From positions 7,936,001 to 8,000,000 of the forward strand of contig CM082590.2 in NCBI GenBank assembly GCA_040954595.2: a DNA stretch of 64,000 bases, read 5' to 3'. The DNA comes from Balanoglossus misakiensis (Eukaryota > Animalia > Hemichordata). Below are positions 11,443-22,500 of the stretch, piece after piece. The notes beneath the pieces were generated by a model. The model did no database searches. It worked only from the letters and a program-made list of their open reading frames with translations, and had not been told where the DNA came from. The number at the start of each line of letters is the position of its first letter. Position 1 is the stretch's first letter. The translations under genes and the position numbers were made by a program.

Positions 11443-13595
11443 TCAGTTGCCTAATTTGCATGAATGCTAAGATATAACCTATAGACTATGCTCTTGGTGG
11501 TTTACTTAAGTTATTTTCGGCACGCTACGATGAGAACGGGCTTATTTACGACCCGTAACTTCCATGGTAGAATAAGCTCGATAGAAAGATGTCTGTAGTT
11601 TGTGCGATACTATCAAAAAACTTATTTCTAAGGGCGCTAGCCCTGCTGTATTACGGGCAACGCGACACAGCCCTGGATTCTGTCCACTGGGGGGGGGGGG
11701 GGGGGGGGGACCCCTCCAGAGGGCGCTTTGCACGGTGTCCGCAAATACCAGACCACACAGCCAGATCACGCAACTTTAGCCTAACAAATATGGCTTTGGC
11801 TGCGCCAACTCATAACACTGTATTTTTGCAATTATAAATTATATCGGAAAATAGTGACTTTAACCGGTTAAGATGGTTTGAACGTTGACACCGCTTTTAC
11901 TTGTTACTTTATTTGGAAATCATAACACAGAAGAACACAATCCACATCTATACTCTAGAAAAAATAAAATAGAATCCCTAGTGGGATTCGAACTCGTGAA
12001 CACTCTCACCGTATCCAATCACTCTAGCCACTACGCCACACAGTCATTTGCCTAATTTGCATGAATACTAAGATATAGCCTATAGACTATGCTCTTCGTG
12101 GTTTACTTAAGTTATTTTCGGCACGCTACGATGAGAACGGGCTTATTTACGGCCTGTAACTTCCATGGTAGAATAAACTCGATAGAAAGATGTCTGTAGT
12201 TTGTGCGATACTATCAAAAAACTTATTTCTAAGGGCGATAGCGCGGCTGTATTTTTGGGAATAGTCGCTGTTCTTCAAATGATCATTTCATTGACTATTG
12301 CCATACGTTTTTCAAATAATTGACTGTGTTTCAGAGGCTTTTATACATATAATTTATTACGCCTGACAACGATGAAGAAGATGACCATGACGCTGGGGGT
12401 GATATTAACAATTGTAGTGGGGTTGAGGGACTTGTGACAATAATTTTCCAGAGACTTTTATTTGTCCATACATGTATATTTATTTCAATAAAAACAAATT
12501 AATTTACAATCTGACCGTGGAGGGCGTTAACTTTGGTACTGTAGTGTGTTTCAGATGCTTTGCACATAAGTAATTTCTTGCCTATTTCTGACGACCATGC
12601 TGGTGGTTAAATATTAATGTTGGTAGCAGCACACTTGTGACAATGATTTTCCAGAGACATTATTAAAATGCAAATAATTATTTTCCATTGAATTGATCTT
12701 CAAAAACCAATGTGAAATGAAAATAACTGTCCATACAATGTCTTCTTTTAATACTTTCATTTATTTTTTATATTTAAAAAATACAAGTGGCATAACAATA
12801 GCATGGAATAAGAATCAAATTTATTGCATTCAAAGGCCTAATATATTGCAAGTTGTTTTCAATGTCAACCTCTGCAGTTTTTAATTTTTAAATTATTTAT
12901 AGTACATTTATATGCAAATGACAGCTATAACGAATGTACTGAACAATTTTTTTTATAAGTCTACTATTCGATAAGAAACAACGTTATTGAATAAATTATT
13001 GCAAGTCTAATGACACTAGGAAGAAATTGTCATTTTAGAGGACATTATTATTTAGGTATTTATTGCGGCCTGGACTGTACATGGCTTTCCATTTTTGCAG
13101 TAAATGGGCAAAGCATACAAAGTGGTCTTAACACGGGAGGGGGACAACCCCTCCCACACTGTTCACTTGTCTAAATTTACTATGTCTGCCAACTATTGTT
13201 TTGACTTGTATTTTTAGTTTATTCATGTCTTATTTTAACTATTTAAATTTATGCATATATGCAAATTGTAACTGTTATTTACTTTTCAATGAGGGGGGGG
13301 GGGGGGGTCACCCACTTTTTGATATCCACAAAATAGAATCCACCCCCCACCCCAGTTGAAGAAACTGACCAGTCCCTTATGTTGTTGGACTCTGGAAAAT
13401 CAACACCTACCTACTTTTGTAAGAATGTCAATATGCGAAGAACAAACTCTCTGAGCAAAACTTGACCCTTTCTCATTTTTACATGCAAGCCACATATTAC
13501 CTGAATTGTTAGCGGTTACATTTTGCCTGGTCAGCATACATCCTACTTTTGGCCTACTTCATTGGATGGGGCCATGACCAGTTTCATTTGGATCA

Positions 13596-14197
13596 GGGGG
13601 AAGGGGAGGGGTGCTTGATGACTAGGGGGCTATATCTCACATTGTTATTCACTAATGTAGTGGGGAAGGGGAGGGGTGCTTGATGACTAGGGGGCTATAG
13701 CTCACATCGTCATTCACTAATGTAGTGGGGGAGGGGGAGGGGTACTTGATGACTAGGGGGCTATAGCTCACCTCACATTGTCATTCACTGATGTAGTGGG
13801 GGAGGGAGGGGTGCTTGATGACTAGGGGGCTATAACTCACCTCACATTGTCATTCACTAATGTAGTGGGGGAGGGGGAGGGCTGTTTGATGACTAAGGGG
13901 CTATATCTCACATTGTCATTCACTAATGTAGTGGGGGAGGGGAGGGGTGCTTGATGACTAGGGGCTATATCTCACATTGTCATTCACTAATGTAGTGGGG
14001 GAGGGGAGGGGTGCTTGATGACTAGGGGGCTATAGCTCACCTCACATTGTCATTCACTGATGTAGTGGGGGAGGGGAGGGGTGCTTGATGACTAGGGGGC
14101 TATAACTCACCTCACATTGTCATTCACTAATGTAGTGGGGGAGGGGGAGGGCTGTTTGATGACTAAGGGGCTATATCTCACATTGTCATTCACTAAC
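13596..14197 (+). repeat. G-rich minisatellite, ~57-63-bp unit, ~10 copies
   Basis: Unit tgtagtgggggaggggaggggtgcttgatgactagggggctata(gctcac)ctcacattgtcattcactaa. Confidence 0.95.
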
Positions 14198-14689
14198 TAC
14201 ATGAATGCCTAACAGTCGAAATTTGTTCATTTTCTCATCAAAGCTTGCAGATGTCTAACACAGTGAGCCATGCTGAAAATACAGCTCAAAAGTACAACTC
14301 TGTAAATACGACCGCCCCCAAAAGCAGCAATCTTTATTTTCCCAAGAATTTAACAGTTTCAAATCACACCAGTGTTTGTCATTTATTTTTGAGTGTGTCT
14401 TATACATTTTAGACAGAAACAGTTCTCTTATCCGTTGACTGCCGATACGCAACTAAGGACTTGGCTGTCTGACTGACTACTTATTCATGATGTCAATCAC
14501 AAATTCAAACTGAGCAGCTCTGTTCTACTGTGTGGTGTACAAGGTACTCAGGTCTGGAATGTGGACGGCCCACACATCAGCTCAAACGAACATCTCATGC
14601 CTGTGAAAAAAAAAACACATACCAGTCACATTGTATAATGATTCAGTTTAGCATGAAAGATTTTATGATTTTATTCAATTTTCATTTCA

Positions 14690-17620
14690 CAAATTTCAAA
14701 GAGACAAGCAAACACTATCAATATTTTTTGTAAAAGATAGAAAAAATAGAAGCGACTATTGTGTTCATCCTGAAACAAAGCAGACAGAACCAAATAAAGG
14801 CAAAAGCCAGGTTAGAAACCAGTCTCAATGAAAAGTAATGCACTATGGTAAATTCTCTTGAACATGTTTCGTTTCCATACGCAATGTCTCATGCAAGAAT
14901 TAGTTGATCTCCTTTCACTAAAATCAGTAATCTCATCATTATTATCAATACCGTTATCAGTTGCATGAGAGTAAGGAAATTGAGGAGTCAATGAAGTCAA
15001 CTGTTTTCACCTTTTCCATTCATAGTCTGCGTATCCATGGTTTCTGACTAAGTGTTTGGAGCATGTCAATCCAACCCTCGGTTACCAAGGTGATATCATT
15101 TTCATCTGTTAATAAAAACAAACAAAACTGTGAGAATCATAAGTTATTACAGCCTGTGTTTGGCTTCGAACTACATCCATAGTACACTCCCATACAGACA
15201 TAAACAAAGAACACACACTCTGTTAATTCAAGCCAAACACAAAATAGACAAATATCTAAATATATTTATAAAGAAGTATAAAAAATAGAAGTGACTATTG
15301 TGTTCATTCTGAAACAAAGCAGAATCAAATAAAGGCAAAAAGCCAGGTTAGAAACCAGTCTCAATGAAAAGTAATGTACTATGGTAAATTCTCTTGAACA
15401 TGTTTCGTTTCCATACGCAATGTCTCATGCAAGAATTAGTTGATCTCCTTTCAGTAAAATCAGTAATCTCATCTTTATGATCAATGCTGTTATCAGTTGC
15501 ATGAGATTAAGGAAACTGAGGAGTCAATGAAGTCAACTGTTCTCACCTTTTCCATTCATAGTCTGCGTATCCATGGTTTCTGACTGAGTGTTTGGAGCAT
15601 GTCAATCCAACCCTCGGTTACCAAGGTGATATCATTTTCATCCTGTTAATAAAAATAAACAAAACTGTGAGAATCATAAGTCAGCCTGTGTTTGGCTTCG
15701 AACTACATCCACAGTACACTCCCATTTTCTAGAAAGCTCACAAATCCCATACAGACATAAACAAACTAACACACTCTGTTAATTGAAGCCAAACACAAAA
15801 TAGACAAATATTTTAAAATAGTATAAAAAATAGAAGTGACTAGTATGGTCATCCTGAAACAAAGCAGAATCAAATAACGGCAAAAAGCCAGGTTAGAAAC
15901 CAGTCTCGATGAAAAGTAATGCACTATGGTAAATTCTCTTGAACATGTTTCATTTCCATACACAATGTCTTATGCAAGAATTATTTGATCTCCTTTCAGT
16001 AAAACCAGTAACCTCATCTTTATGATCAATGCTGTTATCAGTTGCATGAGAGTAAGGAAACTGAGAAGTCAATGAAGTCAACTGTTCTCACCTTTTCCAT
16101 TCATGGTCTGTGTATCCATGGTTTCTGACAAAGTGTTTGGAGCATGTCAATTCAAATCTAGGTTACCAAGGTGATATCATTTTCATCCTGTTAATAAAAA
16201 CAAACAAAACTGTGAGAATCATAAGTTATTACAGTCTGTGTTTGGCTTTACTTTAAAGTCGAACTACATCCACAGTACACTCCCATTTTCTAGAAAGCTC
16301 ACAAATCCCATACAGACATACATGTTCATTCAAGCCAAACACAAACTAGACAAATATCTATATACTTTTATAAAATAGTATAAAAAATAGAAGCGACTAT
16401 TGTGTTCATCCTGAAACAAAGCAGAATCAAATAAAGGCAAAAGCCAGGTTAGAAACCAGTCTCAATGAAAAGTAATGCACTATGGTAAATTCTCTTGAAC
16501 ATGTTTCGTTTCCATACGCAATTTATTATGCAAGAATTATTTGATCTCCTTTCACTATTATCAATACCGTTATCAGCCGTGTGAGAGTAAGGAGATTGAG
16601 GAGTCAATGAGGTCAACTGTTCTCACCTTTTCCAATCATAGTCCGTGTATCCATGGTTTCTGACTAAGTGATTCGAGCATGTTAATCCAAACCTGGGTTA
16701 CCAAGGAATTATCATTTCCATCCTGCAAATAAAAACAAACAAAACTGTGAGAATCATAAGTTATTACAGCCTGTGTTTGGCTTGCTTTGAAGTCAAACTA
16801 CATCCACAGTGCACTCCCATACAGACATAAACAAACAACACACACTCTGTTAATTCAAGCCAAACACAAAATACACAAATATTTTCAAAATAGTTTAAAG
16901 AATAGAAGTGAATATGGCATTCATCCTGAAACAAAGCAGACAGAACCAATAGGCAAAAAGCCAGGTTAGAAACACAATGTCTCAATGTTTGAATTCACAA
17001 AACACTATCAGAAATATCTCTGCTTTGAGTCATCCAAGAATTGTTTGATCTCCTTTCACTAAAATCAGTAATCTCATCTTTGTTTATCAATGTCGTTATC
17101 AGTCCTCTCAGAGTGAGGAGATTGAGGAGTCAATGAAGTCAACTGTTCTCACCTTTTCCATCCCTAGTCCGTGTATCCATGGTTTCTGACTTACAGAACT
17201 ACCGAGCATGTCAATCATATCCATGAAAACCTAGGTTTCAAAAGTGATATCATTTACAACCTGCAAATAAAAAACACACAAAACCGTGAGAATCATAAAT
17301 TATTACAGCCTGTATTAGGAGCCAAACTACATCCACAGTACACTAACATTTTCTACAAACTTATCATATACAGACACACATAAACAAACAACACACATGA
17401 TGTGATTTCAAACCAAACACAATATAATATTATCTCGATATATATTTATAAAAACAATGGAGTGACTATTGAGTTCTTCCTGAAACAAAGCAGACAGAAA
17501 CATGGCAAAAGTCAGGTTAGAAAATGTTTAAAATTCACAATACACAAGTAGAAATATCTGTTCTTCTATTCATGCAGGAATTATGTGTTTTGCTTCCTTC
17601 AAAATCAATAATTTAATCTT
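14690..17620. repeat. ~540-bp tandem repeat, ~5.5 diverged copies
   Basis: Marker aagccaggttagaaac at ~14805, 15340, 15885, 16441, 16958 and (diverged) 17509. Confidence 0.93.
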
Positions 17621-18096
17621 TGTTTATCACCTCCCCCCCCCCCCCGACAGCACTTCCGGGATGCTGAACACGCCCCCCCCCCCCCTTTCATCAGGGCAGT
17701 ACATGTACATGTATAAGACAGTACGAACGATACTGCTCGTGTTTAAAAGCCAGTTACAATTATGATCATTGATGCATCAACTTACTCTTCCTTATTTGAA
17801 GGTCCACGGGTTTTCCAGGATTCTTGATTCCACAGTCACGACAGCCACCAACGAAACAACTACAAGAATCCACGAGACACGTGATATCTATTGGATACAT
17901 GTATACAAACCAGCGACCCATACACCGTTACATGGCTCGGTTATGGTCTCATGTTAACGGCTAGGAGTTCGGTTAGTGTTAGGGTTAGTGTTAGTTTAGC
18001 GTTAGGGTTAGGGTTAGGCAGTTTCGCGCAATTCCCTGGCCGTTAAACACCAGACCACAACCCAATACAACCACGGTGCATGTTAGGTCTATGGGC

Positions 18097-18180
18097 GCCG
18101 CCATTTTGAATAATTTCAACAGCTGAGGTCAACAGGGTGGGCGCCGCCATTTTGAATAATTATCACAGCGCCCTCTGGAA
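18097..18180 (-). promoter_or_regulatory. Duplicated YY1-type motif plus CTCF-like motif; possible promoter of a leftward transcript
   Basis: GCCGCCATTTTG at 18097-18108 and 18143-18154; cagcgccctctgg at ~18166. Confidence 0.4.
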
Positions 18181-18499
18181 GTAAGATACAAAATGCTTTT
18201 CTTCGAAATCTTTCAATAATGTACTGTATCAAAAAATGTAAAGCATCTGTTTTGGAAATAAAGAAGAAAATGAGTTTTTCTTGTTTTCAGAAAAGCTAGT
18301 TTCAGGCCTGTTTTAAATTTCAAATAAGAAACAAATTTGCTCTCTCATTCACTTGTCTGCTGCAATCCAGATATTCTAGATAAATGACAATGTTGCAGAG
18401 AGCTTATTAACTTGCCTCGTTTTAAACAACTTATTTTAGACTTCTTTTCCTAATTAGGGGGGGGGGTACCTCTATTTTGTCTCTCCTGATATGGAGATA

Positions 18500-18644
18500 C
18501 AGTCAAACCTAAGTATAGTGGCCAGTCAAGGGACTTTCATAAACTGGCCTTTATAGACAGGTCAATTAATGTACATGTAAATTGCACAGGGACTGTAACA
18601 AAGTGGCTACTATATAGAGGTGGCCACTAACACAGGTTTGACCG
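18500..18644. mobile_element. TA-flanked MITE, termini CAGTCAAACCT...AGGTTTGAC(T/C)G
   Basis: Other copies: 34481-34787, 39440-39730, ~40070-40235; degenerate copies at ~38930-39050 and ~24030-24140. Confidence 0.8.
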
Positions 18645-19556
18645 TACACACACACACACACAAAAAAAGGATAGAAATTCAAAATCCAGCCACATATACT
18701 GTTGTACTGTCTTTTATTTGACTTTTCAAGTTGCAAAAAAAAGTTTTCCAATGGTCTTTTTCATTACCCAAAACTCGCATGTACTTGTACAGTAACATGA
18801 TAACAAAACATACTGTTCCATCCCTATTTTGCAATGCAAGAGTCCGACTATCCCCCCTGAATACAATAGGATTGCTCCAAAGTTTGGTTGGGAATAGGGT
18901 GATATTTACATACAACTGTAAAATCACAGATTTGTGGGACAGTTCAGAATGGTTGTGTGTAAAAGAGAAACAGACTGAAGTTCCAGTCAATTGGAGCTTG
19001 TGGGGGTTCGCTCAGGGAATTTTAGTCTTAATACTGTCAAAAAAAATCTTTTTATTCCTATTCTACTTTTCATGATCTTTATAGATATTTGTATTTCTTT
19101 ATTACATCTTACAAAGAGGCTGTAACATCTGCTATCTTGTTAACTTTTTAAAAAACTTAATTTGCAGCAATGACAAACATACTGGATGTGTACTAAGCGC
19201 TCAGAGTAACATTAGTTTTCATTGGTTAATTTTAGGTCATTATTTTTGAACAGACCAATCAAAATCATTCTCCCTGGTGTTCAAGGTATGAATAAACCCC
19301 TTAAGTTCATTGGTTACTTTCAGATTATTACATTTGAACAGGCCAATCAAAATTGTACACAAGTTCTTTCGCTATCCACTCCTGATTTCCCTATAGAGCT
19401 CCCCTTTGTGGCTGATCACTATGAAATAAATTCACATAAAATGCCAATTATCTGTTCAGTGGTATCAAAATGATCTTAATAGCACAAGAAAAAAAAATAC
19501 TTATTTTTTGGACACATTGGCAGTTTATTTTTATTCTTCATCATCAAGGTGAGGTT

Positions 19557-22500
19557 TTAGTCTTGTATCATTCGTCGAATCATGTAGTTCAGAATTCCAC
19601 CATGTCGGAAATAGGTCAACTCAACATCAGTGTCGAAGCGTACGACCGCTTTGAATGATTTCCCATCATCAACCTGTAACCAATCAGATAACATGTTAGA
19701 CAATGCACAGCGAATTACATGTTTTACAGCATTCTATTGGTTGATATAACATACATTACGCAAATAAAAACATGTTACAAAATTAGCTAACACATCAAAA
19801 TACATAACATCAAATTATAACATCATCTACACAATTTGGGACATGGGAATGAATGTCTGAACGCATATATGTTTATATGTTCCCAGAAAATTACAAGAAA
19901 ACTCTGTTTGTTTTTTGATGTTTTTCAAAAACATTGGTCCTTGGAAAACAAATCTACAGACATACAGCAATATCGGCAAGGGCCCTCCTCCATCAATCAA
20001 GTGTTACAGGGACAAAGTCTCTCTCTTGCTGCCCCCTTTCCATTAATTATGCTTGATACAAGACACCGTTCATGTTATTCTACACGTGGATATGTGAAAA
20101 AACTTGCCAAAATGAATAATCGGTCTCTACCATTTATTCATTTTGGGTGAGTTTTTACTCTCATATCATACAAGCAAGATGGAAGATGTGTGTGGTTGAA
20201 CATTGATTCTCTATATATCCACATGTAGAATAACATAAACAGTGTCTTGTATCAAACATAATTAATGGAAAAAGAGCAGCGAGAGAGAGAGACTTTGTCC
20301 CTTTAATATCTCACCTTGACATCGATGACTTGTTTTGTCTTGATGTCCTCTGGTATTTCAATGGTGTAGACTTCTTTCCCAGTGAGACCCAGACTCTCGC
20401 TATTCTCACCCTCCAGGAACTGCAGAGGTATGATCCCCATTCCCACCAAGTTACTACGGTGGATGCGTTCGTAGGATTCTGCGATCACAGCTTTAATGCC
20501 CTGGTAAACAAATAAATAAATAAATAAATAAACAAATCAATGATTTTGGGTAAGAAATATAACAAACATACAAATCAATAAATTGGGGTAAAAATGTGAA
20601 TGAACAAACAAACAAACAAACAAATCGATCAATATTTGGGGTAAGAAATACTCTAGTAAACAAAAACAAACAAGTCAATAAAGTGGGGTACGATATGTAA
20701 TAAACAAACAACAAACACATCAATAATGTGAGATAAGAAATGACCAAGTAAACAAGTAAATAAGACCAATAAATAAATCAATAAATTGGGGTAAGTAATG
20801 CCCTATTAAACTAACAAACAAACAAATAAAAAAATAATTAAGGGTAAGAAATGTGAATGCACAGCCACAGTATTGTCGACGAAAAATGTTGACATATTAA
20901 ACTCAATGTTTTTCCAAAAATGTTTCCTTTACATTACACTAGTTGAAATTTAAGCACATATCTAACAATTACTCATAGTTCCAACTAGTATGCACAACAT
21001 TGATCTCTGCAATTATGTGAGATGGCAAATTGAAATTCTTGAAGAGATTCTGGAAACCACTTTACCTGCAGGAATGGTCCTTTGGCGGCCCAGTCACGAG
21101 ACGACCCTGATCCGTAGTCCTTCCCGGCCAAGACGATCAACGCCGTGTTTTCCTGGCGGTATCTCTCAGCAGCGTCAAAGATGTCCATCTGGAAAAAGGA
21201 ATATTGAATCTTTATCAAAAACCATTCTTTTTGTACATATATACACAGTTGACATATCTTGCCTAAAGTAGCTTGTGAGGTCTGAATTCAAAATAACAAT
21301 TTTCACACAAAACAAAACAAAACAAAACGTAAATGAAAAGCCACAGGTGGTCTAGACCACAATGAATGCTTCAATAATAAAATATATCACTCTTTAAAAA
21401 AATCAACACAATTATCATTATTTCTTTAGAACACACTACACATACATCTCAGGAAATTACGCAAATTAATATCAGTAAAACTACAAGCAAAAGCTGAAAA
21501 GATAAAAATATACCTTAGTCCAAAATACAAGCCATATACAATGTACAGTAAAAAGAGTGGCTAAAATACTGATATTCATAATTATATTATACCAGTATAT
21601 TGATGGTGTAATTCACGCTATTTGATTGGTCGAGACATGACATGTGACCGTGATATATTAGCCATATACCACAGTCATATATCATAGTCAAAGAAAATGC
21701 CTTTTTAAAATGTTTTATGCAAAGTTTCCATATACTGGCATAATATAATAGCAATAAAACACCCCCAGCCATGGTATACCACTCGATTTTGACCAGTTCA
21801 ACTCCATATACGCACTCGCTATCGCTTGTGCGTATATGTTGTGAACTGGTCAAAATCTCGTGGTATACCATGGCTGGGGGTGTTTTATTGCTTAAATAGC
21901 ATCATCTTGAGGAAAACAGAAATAAATAGGTAAAAGACTTTCTACAAATGGTGACTGCTGTGCAACTCAAAGTTTTCAGTATGTTCTCGTACCTGATCTC
22001 CCGATGGAACATGGATAGTTTTTGGAGCAGCTTTTCCGATAAATTTGTTCAAAAGTCGAATATTTGCAAACGTGCCCCTGGCCATGACAGCGTCGTTACC
22101 ACGACGACTACCATATGAGTTGAATTCACGAGGAGTCAATCTGTAAAATACAAAAGAAATATTTAAGACTACCATCTCTGTGACAGCACTCTCAAATGAA
22201 CAAAATTGCTAACTTTTGACCCTAAACTGTGGCCGTGTCGAACCTGTCAACTTCATAATAATGTAAATTTTACTGACTGTTTTCGGTAATATTTCAACAA
22301 TTTTACTGAATGGTATTACATATGGACTGTGGATAATTAAAATACACTCATACTTTGTCAAATATCATTCAATCAGCCAATCTTTAGAAGTGGTTTTTAC
22401 AATTCTAAAAAGGCATGAGCAAGCCCCACAGCCAGCACAAATACTAACAGACACACATAGACAGAAAGGCAGACACAGACACACATACAAATGCACACAG

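Larger units (their letters stand above)
2174..12257 (+). repeat. ~10 kb composite non-coding repeat, copy A
   Basis: Colinear with 55027-64000 from taccactaggggcgcacta onward: unique leader, 177-bp array, spacer, 480/695-bp array, AT-rich block, C-rich block, tRNA-like modules. No transposase or RT ORF. The right boundary is approximate. Confidence 0.9.

Noticed and set aside
10830-12043. Functional tRNA genes
   Set aside because: Acceptor and anticodon stems do not pair and the anticodon region differs between element copies; kept only as tRNA-derived modules.
14886-14970. Box C/D snoRNA in the 540-bp unit (terminal stem, ATGATGA, CTGA on the minus strand)
   Set aside because: The boxes are not adjacent to the terminal stem and ATGATGA is not conserved in the other units.
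17970-18017. True telomere or chromosome-fusion scar
   Set aside because: Only ~8 degenerate units, no head-to-head arrangement, and enclosed in a small inverted repeat.
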